Both the position numbers and the translations under genes were made by a program. 64,000 nt of DNA from an uncultured delta proteobacterium (GTDB taxonomy: Bacteria > Myxococcota_A > Polyangia > Polyangiales > Polyangiaceae). The DNA lies in contig CAWDXG010000004.1 in NCBI GenBank assembly GCA_963806225.1, positions 2,112,001-2,176,000 of the forward strand, in the 5' to 3' direction. Positions 1 through 11,191 of this stretch are shown piece by piece. How positions within the stretch are numbered: the stretch's first letter is position 1; each line of letters starts with the position of its first letter. The notes under the pieces were generated by a model. That model saw nothing but the letters and a program-made list of their open reading frames with translations, was not told where the DNA came from and did no database searches.

Positions 1-2631
1 GTGCGCATCCGGCAGGCCATCTCGCGCGACTACGAGCTGCCGCTCGATCGTCGCACGCTTCGGCTGCTGGCCAAACTGGAGGGGCGTCCCGACCCGAGCC
101 CGAGCTCGATGCCGGGTCGGCTGCGCGACTCGGCCGAGATCCCCTCGCTGCCGCGCCCGCCGGCCCTGCCTGCGGCGGACGTCACCAAAGAAGCGACGGC
201 GGCGGCAGAGCGTGCAGCGCCGGCCGCTGAAGAGCCGGCACCACACACGCCGCGCTCCGCCGGCGCGCCTGCAGCAGAGCAGACGCCTTCGCCGACTGCG
301 CCCTCTCCGGCGCCGCAGGCCGCGACCGACGCTTCGCCTACGTCCATGAGGCTCGCGGGCTGGGCACAGGCCGCAGCGCGCCCGGAACGCCGGCGTCGGG
401 TGCGCCGGCGCGGGCCGTACACCGCCGCCATGGCGGAGAGGGATCTGCTCGATGCAGAGTCCCGGGACGACGTTCTCAGGGCCTTCTTCGACTACGCCGC
501 GCAGTACTTCGAGTACGCCGTGCTGTTCGCGGTCCACGGCGACATCGCCGAAGGACGGGATGCCAACGGTCCGGGCACCAACCGCAAGCGGATCACGGGC
601 ATCGGGGTTCCGCTCGACCTGCCGAGCTCGCTGACCACCGCGCGGGTCGAGCGCGCCTACCAGCTGCAGTCGCTCGCGGACGAGGGCATCGACGCGGGGC
701 TGGCCAGCGATCTCGGACGCAAGACGGGCCCCATCGTGCTGCTCCTGCCGATCATCGTGCGGGGCCGCTGCGTGTTGATCCTGTACGGCGATCACGGCGA
801 CACGAACGTGGAGCTGTCGGAAGTCGGCGATGTGATCGCGTTCGCTCCGTTGGTCGCGAGCGCACTGGAACGCATCATCATGCGACGCAAGCTCGCGGCG
901 AGACAGAACGTCGCGAGCGAGCTCGGAGGCGAACCCGCGGCCACGCCGCTGGTGCCGCCCGCGGCGCGCCGCAAGAAGCACGCTCCCAAGCCGAGTCTGG
1001 ACGAGCGCGCCCAGGCCCTCGCGCAGGCGCTGTCGCTGCCGGCGGAGCCGCCGGGCCCCGCTCTTGCGACTCCCTCCCCTGCCCCGGCGCCCGCCTCTGC
1101 TCCGCCGTCGGCTCCGGCACCGGGTTCTGTACAGCCCTCGCGCACCGTCGCGGTGGGCGACATGCCGGCCGGCCCGCAGCGCAAACAGACCGAACGCGGT
1201 CTGGCCAGCCCGGTCATCCCGGTCGGCAACGCCAGGCGCCTGCCGACTCCGCCGCAGGGCACCCCGACCCGCCTGGAATCGGATCGCCCGACGCCAGTGG
1301 CCGCAGCGTTCCCGCTCACAAGGCGTTCGACGCCCAGCCCGCGGCATCCGGAGGCGGAAGAGCCGCCCGAAGACGGCTGGGAGGTCTCGAGCGACTCGGC
1401 GCCGTCCGCTTTCCCGGCAGAGGAAGCCGCCACGAAACCGGGCGTCGGCAGCTTTCCGCCGCGGCGCGCGCCCACTTCTCCGGGCATGGGCTTCGATCCC
1501 GGCTTGGCCCCGCCGTCGACGCGCCGCGAAGGCAGCAGCCCGAAGCTCGAGCTGGTGCCCGAGACCGTGCTGGACGAGGAAGGCGACACCGGACCGAGCA
1601 TCCAGATCAGTGAATCCGAGCTCGACGAGGACATCGAGGTCGACAAACAGTCGAAGCATCCCCCGGAAGCGCCGCTGGCTGCCGCTTCGCGTTCGGTCTC
1701 CTTCGGGGCACGGCGTCTTGCACCCCGGCGGAGCTCGGAAGAGCTCAAGCTTCCCTCGGTCATCGTCAACGTCGACGACGACTGCCGCGAGCTCGTCAGC
1801 CGACTGGTGAAAGGCGATGCGGAAGCCGGCGACAGCCTCGTTGCGATTGGAGAGCCCGCCGTGAGCGCCCTGGTCGCTGCATTCCCCGGGCCGATCACGA
1901 CCGATCCACGCCGCGGCGACGCCCCGGTGCGGGCATCGGACTGCGGTCCCGTACTGCGCACGCTGGCACGCATCGGACATGCGGCGGTGCCGTTCCTCTT
2001 CGTGCGCACGGCGGACGCAAGCCCCGACGTGCGGAGCTGGGCTACGCGCCTGCTCGGCGAGCTGCCCAGCGTCGAGAGCGCGCGCGCCGTGGTGCGGCGC
2101 CTGGTGGACCAGGACCCGGACGTGCACCGCGCCGCACTGTCCGCCGGTCGACGGCTATCGAAAGACGAGGACAGTCGCACCGCACTGCGCGACGGACTGT
2201 GCCAGCTGACTGCGGACAGTGAACAGTCCGACGATGTCCGTCACGCGGCGATCGAGGCGCTGGCGGACCTGCGCGAGGCGCGCGCCGTGCCCCGGATGAT
2301 CCCGCTTCTGTCCGACGGAAACGCCGACGTCGTCAAGTCGGCGCACTGGGCGCTCGGGGTGATCGCCCGGCAGGATTTCGGACGGGAACCCGGAGGGTGG
2401 CAGAGCTGGTGGCAGCGCCATTCAGACGAGCACCGCATCGAGTGGCTCATCGACGCGTTGATGCACGACGACCCCGACATCCGCCGCGCGGCAGGTGAAG
2501 AGCTGAAGAGCCTCACCAAGGAGTACTTCGGCTACTACGACGATCTGCCGAAGAAGGAGCGCGCGCGTGCCCAGCGCCGCTACCGCGAGTGGTGGGAAGG
2601 GCGCGGAAAGGTTCGCTTTCTCGGGGGCTAG
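1..2631 (+). CDS. FrgA-like protein (5'-truncated): GAF-like region, long Pro-rich linker, C-terminal HEAT repeats
   Basis: 876-aa open frame with high GC3; SRDDVLRAFFDYAAQYFEYAVLFAV GAF-like block; HEAT-type units (VRSWATRLLGEL, VRHAAIEALADL, IRRAAGEEL); architecture recalls myxobacterial FrgA. Confidence 0.65.
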   Translation: MRIRQAISRDYELPLDRRTLRLLAKLEGRPDPSPSSMPGRLRDSAEIPSLPRPPALPAADVTKEATAAAERAAPAAEEPAPHTPRSAGAPAAEQTPSPTAPSPAPQAATDASPTSMRLAGWAQAAARPERRRRVRRRGPYTAAMAERDLLDAESRDDVLRAFFDYAAQYFEYAVLFAVHGDIAEGRDANGPGTNRKRITGIGVPLDLPSSLTTARVERAYQLQSLADEGIDAGLASDLGRKTGPIVLLLPIIVRGRCVLILYGDHGDTNVELSEVGDVIAFAPLVASALERIIMRRKLAARQNVASELGGEPAATPLVPPAARRKKHAPKPSLDERAQALAQALSLPAEPPGPALATPSPAPAPASAPPSAPAPGSVQPSRTVAVGDMPAGPQRKQTERGLASPVIPVGNARRLPTPPQGTPTRLESDRPTPVAAAFPLTRRSTPSPRHPEAEEPPEDGWEVSSDSAPSAFPAEEAATKPGVGSFPPRRAPTSPGMGFDPGLAPPSTRREGSSPKLELVPETVLDEEGDTGPSIQISESELDEDIEVDKQSKHPPEAPLAAASRSVSFGARRLAPRRSSEELKLPSVIVNVDDDCRELVSRLVKGDAEAGDSLVAIGEPAVSALVAAFPGPITTDPRRGDAPVRASDCGPVLRTLARIGHAAVPFLFVRTADASPDVRSWATRLLGELPSVESARAVVRRLVDQDPDVHRAALSAGRRLSKDEDSRTALRDGLCQLTADSEQSDDVRHAAIEALADLREARAVPRMIPLLSDGNADVVKSAHWALGVIARQDFGREPGGWQSWWQRHSDEHRIEWLIDALMHDDPDIRRAAGEELKSLTKEYFGYYDDLPKKERARAQRRYREWWEGRGKVRFLGG

Positions 2632-2724
2632 CCGGCCGGTTCGATGGCTCGCTGAACGGACCGGCAGCGCCCGGGCGTCCGACCCTCGACAGGCCGCGCC
2701 AGGCGTGGCAGAAGGCGGACCTCG

Positions 2725-2925
2725 ATGTCCGAAGAGCAACATCTCGACCCAGCACTGAGGGCTGCCAATCTGGCGCTGTCGGGACGCCGGCATCGGGAAG
2801 CGAGTCGCTTCGCATCCATCGAGCTCCGCTTCACCGATCCGCGCACCGGACCGTGGGAGGCCGCCGCGCTTGTTTCCGTTGCGGTCGCCTCGTTCCTGAT
2901 CGTGCTCGGCGTCTGGTTCCTGTAG
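2725..2925 (+). CDS. small hypothetical membrane protein
   Basis: 66 aa, C-terminal hydrophobic helix AAALVSVAVASFLIVLGVWFL; fills the gap before the convergent kinase. Confidence 0.45.
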   Translation: MSEEQHLDPALRAANLALSGRRHREASRFASIELRFTDPRTGPWEAAALVSVAVASFLIVLGVWFL

Positions 2926-2935
2926 GCGACGCGAA

Positions 2936-4798
2936 CTAGCACTTGGTGCCGGCGAGCGCCGCCTGGGCGGGTGCGCCTACGCCGATCGAGCTGGCAGCGG
3001 AAGCCGCCGAGCGCGCCCCCGCGCAATTACCGAGGTACGCCCGTTGCTTGACGACCACGGGCGCGCGGGTGCGGATGCGGGCCGCTGCGGTGCGCTGCGC
3101 GTTGGCGCTGCCGCCGGTGCTGCGGCAGCGGTTGTACATCGCCACGGCGCCTTCAATGTTTCCGCCGCTGGCGAGCGAGCTCGCCTGCGCGCAGGCCGCA
3201 TTGCCCGTCGGCCCCGTGGGCTTGGGTGGCGCCGGCTTGGGCTGGGGCGCTGGACGGGTCGGCAGGTTCAGCTGCGGCAGGGTGATCTGGGGGAACCTGG
3301 GCGGCTTGGACGCCGTCGCACTGGGCTGGGGAGCCGGCAAACTGATCGGCGGCAGCTGGGGCGCCGGGGAGCTCGCAACGGGAGGCTCGGGCTTCTCGGG
3401 CTTCTTCGCCGGCTGCGCAGGAGTGCGTGCAGGCGCCGGAGCGGAAGTCTTCACCACGGGGGGCTCCGGCGCCGGAACGGAGACCGTCGCCGGGGCGGCG
3501 TCCACCAGGGGCGCGATCTGCGTGGTGCTGCTGCCGGCCACGGAGAGCGTCCCGCCCGCCCCTTCGGGCGCGGGGCCCACGCTCCTTGCGCGCTCGAAGG
3601 CAACCACGCCTGCCGCCAGCGCCCCGCCCGCGACGAGCAGACCGGCCAGCGCGATCCAGCCGCGCCGCTTGCGGCGTACCGGCGGCTGCGCACGGACCGG
3701 CGCAGCCAGCGCCGACGCGGTGTGGAACGCCGGCGACGCCGCCGGTCCCCCGGGCGTCGTCATGGGCGGGACCGCCGGCATCGGCGAGGTGCGTGGGCCG
3801 TCGTTGCCGGGCTCGGTGTGGCCGGCGTCGGGCATCATGTCCTCGGTCGTCTTCCCTCCCGCCAGCTCGCGATACAGCTCCAGTGTGGTGGAGGGACGCT
3901 GGATGGGCGTCTTCTCGAGTGCATGCATCACCGCCCGCCGCACCGCCTCGGGCAGCTTCTGCCCCGCTTCGAAGCTCTCCATGGGACGCGGAGGCTCGGT
4001 CATGTGCTTGTGGGCCCAGAGCCACGGCGTGTCCGCTTCGAAAGGAAGCTGGCCAGTGAGCATCTCGTACGCGATGACGCCCAGCGAGTAGACGTCGCTG
4101 GCCGGGCCGAGCTTCTCGCCAGCGAGCTGCTCGGGGCTCATGTAGGGCGGGGTCCCGAGCACCATACCCTGCTGCGTGAGCTTGGTCTGCGCCGTCGCAT
4201 CCGGGCCGACGTGTGCGGCGATACCGAAATCGAGCAGCTTCACGAAGTCCTCTTCACCGGCGCGGGACGTGAGCACGATGTTGTCCGGCTTCAGGTCCCG
4301 ATGCACGATGCCGAGCGTGTGGGCCTCGTGCAGCGCGCCACACACCTGCCTCAGGATATGGAGCGCGCGCGGCAGCGGAACCGGTCCCTGCTCGATCAGG
4401 TCGGTGAGCGCCTGTCCCTTGACGAGCTCCATCACGATGTACAGCTCGCCATCCGGCGTCTCGCCGTAGTCGTAGAAGCGGATGGTGTTGGGATGCTCGA
4501 GCTGCGCGACCGTCCCGGATTCCCGATGGAAGCGTGACACCAGAGTATGGTCTGTGCTGAGCTCCGGCAGCAGCGTCTTGATAGCGACGCTGCGCGTCCC
4601 TTCGCCCATGCGTTGCTCGGCCTCGTACACGACGCCCATGCCGCCCTCGCCGAGAACGCGAAGCACCTTGTAGCGTCCGTCGAGCACCCGCCCGACGAGC
4701 CCGGCTCCCGACGCGCCGCTATCGGCCAGCAGCGCACCACACCCCGAGCAGAATCGCGCGCCTTCGGGGTTCTCGTGGTTGCAGACGGAGCAGTTCAT
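2936..4798 (-). CDS. Membrane Ser/Thr protein kinase with N-terminal zinc ribbon
   Basis: CSVC..CSGC zinc ribbon, GEGGMGVVY, VAIK, HRDLKPDN, DFG, GTPPYMSPE, one TM helix, Pro-rich and Cys-containing C-terminus; start at ATG 4798. Confidence 0.93.
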   Translation of the reverse strand: MNCSVCNHENPEGARFCSGCGALLADSGASGAGLVGRVLDGRYKVLRVLGEGGMGVVYEAEQRMGEGTRSVAIKTLLPELSTDHTLVSRFHRESGTVAQLEHPNTIRFYDYGETPDGELYIVMELVKGQALTDLIEQGPVPLPRALHILRQVCGALHEAHTLGIVHRDLKPDNIVLTSRAGEEDFVKLLDFGIAAHVGPDATAQTKLTQQGMVLGTPPYMSPEQLAGEKLGPASDVYSLGVIAYEMLTGQLPFEADTPWLWAHKHMTEPPRPMESFEAGQKLPEAVRRAVMHALEKTPIQRPSTTLELYRELAGGKTTEDMMPDAGHTEPGNDGPRTSPMPAVPPMTTPGGPAASPAFHTASALAAPVRAQPPVRRKRRGWIALAGLLVAGGALAAGVVAFERARSVGPAPEGAGGTLSVAGSSTTQIAPLVDAAPATVSVPAPEPPVVKTSAPAPARTPAQPAKKPEKPEPPVASSPAPQLPPISLPAPQPSATASKPPRFPQITLPQLNLPTRPAPQPKPAPPKPTGPTGNAACAQASSLASGGNIEGAVAMYNRCRSTGGSANAQRTAAARIRTRAPVVVKQRAYLGNCAGARSAASAASSIGVGAPAQAALAGTKC

Positions 4799-5156
4799 CG
4801 CCGAGCCTTGGTCAAGCAAACGCTGTGCCCGTGACACCGTCCCACACGATTGCGGGAAGGTGGTGGCCCATCCGAGCGCTCCTGAGTCGACAGCGATTGC
4901 CACATAGACGGATGCCGCCGGCGGACGATCTCTTAAACGCGCGGCAGAACGCGCACGGTTTCCAGCCTAGAAGCCTCCGTACCAAGCTGCCAGCGCCTCC
5001 TGCCGGCTGATCGGCCGGCGTTCTGGAAGCGGAGCTGCGTCGCCGACGGCCGCAAGGGCGGGTATGGCATTCGATGCAGGCCAGGCCCTCCGGGCAAGCG
5101 CGGTCCACGCCCCTCGAGGCCGAGTAGCAGCGCGGCGCTGGAGCCGCGAGCCAAGG

Positions 5157-5660
5157 CTATTCCTTGCTGTCGTCGTCCTTCTTCTTCGGCGACAAATCAA
5201 CGTCCCAGTCCATGCTGACGGTGTCGCCCTTGAAGGGCGGAACGATCACGGCCTTCATTGCGTTGATCGCGCACTTGCCCATCTCGGTGCCGTCGAAGGG
5301 GGGACCGATGCTGGCCTTCTTCACATGGCCATCGTTACCGAACAGGAGTGTCACCGTGCCCTTCCCCTGTGGGCTGTCCTTCGAAACCACGCCAACGCAG
5401 GTCTGCGCGGAACGAGCCGCACGGATCAGCTCGAGCTTGGCCTGGTGCTTGTCGAAGGGCTTCTTCTGCTCTTCTTCGTCGTCGGGATTCACGTCGTCCG
5501 GGGCCGAGTCGTCGTCCGACTTCGACTGCTCCTGCTTGCCGAGCTGCTCCTGCTCCGCGACGATCTGATCCGGTGTCTTCACCGGGTTCCCCCCGTAGCT
5601 GGGGCCACACCCCGCCACGACCAGCACGCCGCCCAGTAGACCCAGATACCAGGTTCGCAT
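5157..5660 (-). CDS. Lipoprotein, AgmX/PglI C-terminal (TonB-C-like) domain
   Basis: Lipobox VAGC; GTVTLLFGNDGHV...GKCAINAMKAVIVPPFKG pattern typical of myxobacterial TonB-C-like domains. Confidence 0.65.
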   Translation of the reverse strand: MRTWYLGLLGGVLVVAGCGPSYGGNPVKTPDQIVAEQEQLGKQEQSKSDDDSAPDDVNPDDEEEQKKPFDKHQAKLELIRAARSAQTCVGVVSKDSPQGKGTVTLLFGNDGHVKKASIGPPFDGTEMGKCAINAMKAVIVPPFKGDTVSMDWDVDLSPKKKDDDSKE

Positions 5661-5780
5661 GGCGTGGATCCTAGTCACACCGCGGCCCCCGTCAAAGTCC
5701 GCGATGATTTCCGTAGACTCCGCTCCGGACGGATTTCACCCAGGCTGCTCCTGATCCGGCCCGAAAAGGCGAGCGGCGGG

Positions 5781-7145
<1,365 letters not shown>

Positions 7146-7288
7146 TGTGCAAAAAATGCTAATGTAGCCCCCAGGGATGCGCAACTGTTTGCGTAGTGGG
7201 TGTCAAGCGTGCGGGAAATCAGACATTTCCGGCCCGGCGACCCACCTTGCGGAGTTCCCTCCGCGGCGCGAGCACGCTAGGAGGTCGC

Positions 7289-8506
7289 ATGCTCTGCGGG
7301 CTCGACCAGCTGTTCGATGGGCCGCTCTCGGCCCTGCGCCGCCGCCTCCGCGATGCCCGTGTCGGCGTGCTCACGCATGCTGCTGCGGTCGACCGGCGTG
7401 GACGCCACGCGCTGGAGGTACTCGACGAGCTGGGCGCCAGCGCGTCGCTGATCTTCTCGCCGGAGCACGGGCTCGGCGCGGTTGCGCAGGCCGAGGAGAT
7501 CGTGCCGACCAGCGCGGCTACCGATGGCGGCGGTGCGCCGGTGGTGAGCCTGTACGGCGAGACGCGCGAGTCGTTGTCGCCGACCGCAGAACACATCTCC
7601 CAGATCGACGTGCTGCTCGTCGACCTCGTCGACGTTGGCAGCCGCTACTACACGTACGTCTGGACGGCGCTTCTGGCGGCACGCGCGGCGCAGGCCGCGG
7701 GCGTGCACGTGGTGGTCCTGGATCGCCCGAATCCGATCTCGGGCGATCCCGCCACGCTCGAAGGCGCGCCGCAACAGGACGGCTTCCTGTCCTTCGTCGG
7801 CCTGGAGCCACTGCCCATCCGCCACGCGCTCACCGTGGCCGAGCTTCTGGCGCACTTCGCGGAGCGTGACGGCTGGCCGCTGGGGCCAGACGGCGCGCTG
7901 TCCGTCGTGCCCACGCGCGGCTGGGAGCGGTTCCGCTGCGCGGATGCCTGGGCACGCCCATTCGTGATGCCCTCGCCCAACATGCCCACCCTCGAGACGG
8001 CTCTCGTCTATCCCGGCGGCTGCCTGGTCGAGGGGACGAACCTGTCGGAGGGGCGCGGCACGACGGTCCCGTTCCAGCTCGTGGGCGCGCCGTTCCTGGA
8101 TGGTAGCCAGCTGGCCGCGGCTCTGGCCGAAAGCGGCACGCCGGGCGCCCAGGTGCGACCGGTCAGCTTCCGCCCCTGGTTCGAGAAGCACGAGGGCAAG
8201 GTCTGCCACGGCGTGATGCTGCACGTGACCAATCCGCAGCTGTTCCGGCCGGTTGCGACGTACCTCTCGCTGATCGCCCATGCCCAGGCGCAGGCACCCG
8301 CAGATTTCCGCTTCCGCACCGAGCCGTACGAGTTCGAAACGACGATCCCCGCATTCGACCTCTTGACGGGCTCGGACGCGGCCCGCAACGCCATCACCGA
8401 AGGCCGCGCCGCGAACGAGGTCGTCGACCTGGTGACGCCGGTCGACCCTTCGTGGCGCGAGGTCGTGATAGCGGCCGAGCAACGGCTCGAACGCGCGCGC
8501 GCCTGA
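7289..8506 (+). CDS. DUF1343 / NamZ-family exo-beta-N-acetylmuramidase
   Basis: SPEHG, SLYG, DVGSRYYTY, LDRPNP, PSPNMP, NLSEGRGT motifs; GGAGG RBS before ATG 7289. Confidence 0.88.
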   Translation: MLCGLDQLFDGPLSALRRRLRDARVGVLTHAAAVDRRGRHALEVLDELGASASLIFSPEHGLGAVAQAEEIVPTSAATDGGGAPVVSLYGETRESLSPTAEHISQIDVLLVDLVDVGSRYYTYVWTALLAARAAQAAGVHVVVLDRPNPISGDPATLEGAPQQDGFLSFVGLEPLPIRHALTVAELLAHFAERDGWPLGPDGALSVVPTRGWERFRCADAWARPFVMPSPNMPTLETALVYPGGCLVEGTNLSEGRGTTVPFQLVGAPFLDGSQLAAALAESGTPGAQVRPVSFRPWFEKHEGKVCHGVMLHVTNPQLFRPVATYLSLIAHAQAQAPADFRFRTEPYEFETTIPAFDLLTGSDAARNAITEGRAANEVVDLVTPVDPSWREVVIAAEQRLERARA

Positions 8507-8511
8507 GCCGC

Positions 8512-9897
8512 TCAGCCGCGGATCGCGGCCTCGACCTCGTCCACGCTCTTGGGGACCCCGCGCGTCAACACCTCGCAGCCGTCGTCGGTGACGAGCACGT
8601 CGTCCTCGATGCGGATGCCGCGCACGTCGGAGAATCGCTCGAGTGCGGCGCGGTCCAGCGCGGAATCCAGATCGCCGACCTCGTCGGGGTTCGAGAGCAG
8701 CGCGGGGATCTGGTAGAAGCCCGGCTCGATCGTCACCGCCATGCCCGGCTCGAGGTCGCGATCCAGCCTGAGGTAGCGATCGCCCGGCGACTGGCTGCGC
8801 TCGCGCCCCGGGGCGTAGCCAGCGCGGTCGCCGAGATCCTCCATGTCGTGCACGTCGAGTCCCAACAGGTGACCGACGCCGTGCGGGAAGAACAACGCCG
8901 CGGCGCCGCGGTGGTACAGGTCCTCGGCGTCTCCCTTGAAGATGCCGAGGTCGATGAGCCCGGCCACGATGCGCCGCCCCGCAGCGCGATGCACGTCCAG
9001 GTAGCGCACGCCGGGGCGCACCGCGTCGATCGCAGCCAGCTGCCCGGCCAGCACACACTCGTACAGAGCCCGCTGCGTCCCGGAAAAGTGCCCCGACGCC
9101 GGCCAGCTGCGGGTCACGTCCCCCGCCCAGCCCTCGGGCGTCTCGGCTCCCACGTCCGCGAGCAGCAGATCGTCGTCGCCCAGCAGGTGGTCGTGCCGCT
9201 CGTTGTGCAGCACCTCGCCGTGCACCGTGACGATCGAGTTGTACGAGCAGGTCATTCCGCTCTCGATGATCGCAGCCTCCATCCGGGCGCGCACCGCGGC
9301 CTCGTGGAGCCCTGGACGCGTCGCCGCCATGCCCGCGCGATGCGCGCGCGTGGTCACTTCCGCCGCCTGGCGCAGCTGATCCGCGGCGGCCGCATCGTGG
9401 CGCAGCCGGAGCTCGATCATAGCGTCGGCCAGCGCCAGATCCGCGCCTTCCAGCTCGTCCCCACCGCCGGGATCGACGTCGCGGTCGAGCAGGTCGGACA
9501 GCCAGAACGCGCACTCCACGTCCTGCGGCGGCAACGTCGCGGTGTCGGCCGGCGGCTCCAGCTCGTCGATCGGACGCACCTCGAGCTCGAGCCCGGCAGC
9601 GAGCTCGTCGAGCTCGGGCTGGGGGCCGGACCACAGCGCCTCGTCCGGGTCCGGCGGATGCGCGTACAGGATCGCCCGCTCGGGCTCGACGAGCAGCGCA
9701 GCGCCCTCGAGCGGCCTCCCCACGAGATACATGAAGTGGCTGGCGGCGCGAAACGGGTAGCGGTTGCCGGCGAAGTTGCGTGGCTCCGACAGCCCTGCGA
9801 CGATGAGCGCCGAACCCGACAGGCGCTGCTGGAGGCGTCGACGACGCTCCACGAATGCGGTTGCTGGGCTGGGCCGGGGCCAGAATCCGGATTGCAT
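8512..9897 (-). CDS. pepP: Xaa-Pro aminopeptidase (M24B, aminopeptidase P)
   Basis: YPFRAASHFMYL N-domain; DVG, GDVTR, HGVGHLLGLDVHD, TIEPG, GIRIEDD metal ligands. Confidence 0.92.
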   Translation of the reverse strand: MQSGFWPRPSPATAFVERRRRLQQRLSGSALIVAGLSEPRNFAGNRYPFRAASHFMYLVGRPLEGAALLVEPERAILYAHPPDPDEALWSGPQPELDELAAGLELEVRPIDELEPPADTATLPPQDVECAFWLSDLLDRDVDPGGGDELEGADLALADAMIELRLRHDAAAADQLRQAAEVTTRAHRAGMAATRPGLHEAAVRARMEAAIIESGMTCSYNSIVTVHGEVLHNERHDHLLGDDDLLLADVGAETPEGWAGDVTRSWPASGHFSGTQRALYECVLAGQLAAIDAVRPGVRYLDVHRAAGRRIVAGLIDLGIFKGDAEDLYHRGAAALFFPHGVGHLLGLDVHDMEDLGDRAGYAPGRERSQSPGDRYLRLDRDLEPGMAVTIEPGFYQIPALLSNPDEVGDLDSALDRAALERFSDVRGIRIEDDVLVTDDGCEVLTRGVPKSVDEVEAAIRG

Positions 9898-9927
9898 GCC
9901 GGACAACCTAGAACAACGAAAGCGACG

Positions 9928-10191
9928 ATGGCATTCAATCTCTCCAGGAAGATCGCAACGGCGGCCTCCGCCGGCCTGATGCTGGGCGCCGTGGGCTGTG
10001 GCAACGAAAAGCCCGCAGCGTCCCCTGGCGCCGGTAGCCAGCCCGCCGCAGCCGCCGCCGAGGCAAAGGCCTGCTGCAAAGGCAAGAACGACTGCAAGGG
10101 CAAGGGCGGCTGCCAGACCGACAGCCACGCCTGCGCCGGTCAGAACGACTGCAAGGGCAAGGGCGGCTGCAACCACCATTGCCCGAAGTAG
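9928..10191 (+). CDS. MNIO RiPP precursor (bufferin BufA2-like), probable lipoprotein, 87 aa
   Basis: Signal MAFNLSRKIATAASAGLMLGAVG-C, Ala/Pro linker, core with two NDCKGKGGC units and 8 Cys; directly upstream of a DUF692 gene. Confidence 0.88.
   Translation: MAFNLSRKIATAASAGLMLGAVGCGNEKPAASPGAGSQPAAAAAEAKACCKGKNDCKGKGGCQTDSHACAGQNDCKGKGGCNHHCPK
10085..10170 (+). repeat. 29-bp exact direct repeat (57-bp period) encoding the duplicated NDCKGKGGC core
   Basis: agaacgactgcaagggcaagggcggctgc at 10085-10113 and 10142-10170. Confidence 0.9.
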
Positions 10192-10252
10192 CGCCGCGCG
10201 CCCGGACCCACGGGAGTCGAGCCGGGCCGCGCCGTTACGCTCCACCTCGAGT

Positions 10253-11191
10253 ATGAAGACCCCCCGGAGAGCGGTCCCCGACCTGGGCGTCGGTGTCGGC
10301 CTGCGTGTCCCGCACTACCGGCACATCCTCGCCCACCGACCGAAGGTCGACTACTTCGAGATCATCAGCGAAAACTTCATGGTCGACGGTGGCCGGCCCA
10401 TCTACCACCTGGAACAGGTGCTCGAGAGCTACCGGCTGGTGCAGCACGGCGTCTCGCTGGGCATCGGCGGCCCCGGCGCGCCCGACCGCGACTACCTCGT
10501 GCGGCTCAAGGCGCTGGTCAAGAAGGTGAACCCGCCGTGGGTCAGCGATCATTTCTGCTGGTGCGGCGTGCCAGGCGTAGAGCTTCATGACCTGCTACCG
10601 CTGCCCTACACCTGGGAAGCCGTGCGGCTCGTCTCGGAGCGCGCGCGGATCGTGCAGGATTTCCTCGAGGTGCCGTTCGCGCTGGAAAACACCTCGAGCT
10701 ACCTCGCCTACACCTCCAGCGTCATGCCCGAGTGGGAGTTCGTCTCGGAGATCGCCGAGCGCGCGGACATCGGGCTGCTCTTCGACGTGAACAACGTGTA
10801 CGTGTCGGCGAAGAACCATGGCTTCGACCCGTACGAGTTCGTGCGGAGCGTGCCGCACGATCGCATCGTGCAGATCCACCTCGCCGGGCACACCAACGTC
10901 GGGGCCTACATCATCGACACGCACGACGGCCACGTGATCGATCCGGTGTGGGACCTGTACCGCGAGACGATCCGCCTGGCGGGGCCGGTCTCCACGCTGA
11001 TAGAGTGGGACGACCGCATCCCCGGGTTCGACGTGTTGATGGCGGAAGCACAACGCGCGCGCCATGCGCGGAACGAAGCGCTCGGGATCGAGGCCCGGCA
11101 GGACCCACCGCCGGCGCTCCCCACGCCGGCGACCGGAGAAGACGAACATCGGCCGTGGACGCAGGGCGGCCCGCGGGAGACAGTGTCGTGA
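10253..11191 (+). CDS. Multinuclear non-heme iron oxidative enzyme (MNIO, DUF692; BufB/MbnB-like)
   Basis: GVGLR, EIISENF, HGVSL, SDH, HDLLPLP, LENTSSY, DVNNVYV, QIHLAGH, IDTH, LIEWD. Confidence 0.95.
   Translation: MKTPRRAVPDLGVGVGLRVPHYRHILAHRPKVDYFEIISENFMVDGGRPIYHLEQVLESYRLVQHGVSLGIGGPGAPDRDYLVRLKALVKKVNPPWVSDHFCWCGVPGVELHDLLPLPYTWEAVRLVSERARIVQDFLEVPFALENTSSYLAYTSSVMPEWEFVSEIAERADIGLLFDVNNVYVSAKNHGFDPYEFVRSVPHDRIVQIHLAGHTNVGAYIIDTHDGHVIDPVWDLYRETIRLAGPVSTLIEWDDRIPGFDVLMAEAQRARHARNEALGIEARQDPPPALPTPATGEDEHRPWTQGGPRETVS

Noticed and set aside
4800..5156. Possible ncRNA or small ORF in the gap upstream of the kinase
   Set aside because: No recognisable RNA family motif and the short ORFs lack codon bias or RBS
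8452..9927. N-terminal 490 aa of the 579-aa plus-strand ORF
   Set aside because: Antisense shadow of pepP; only the last 87 codons form a credible gene
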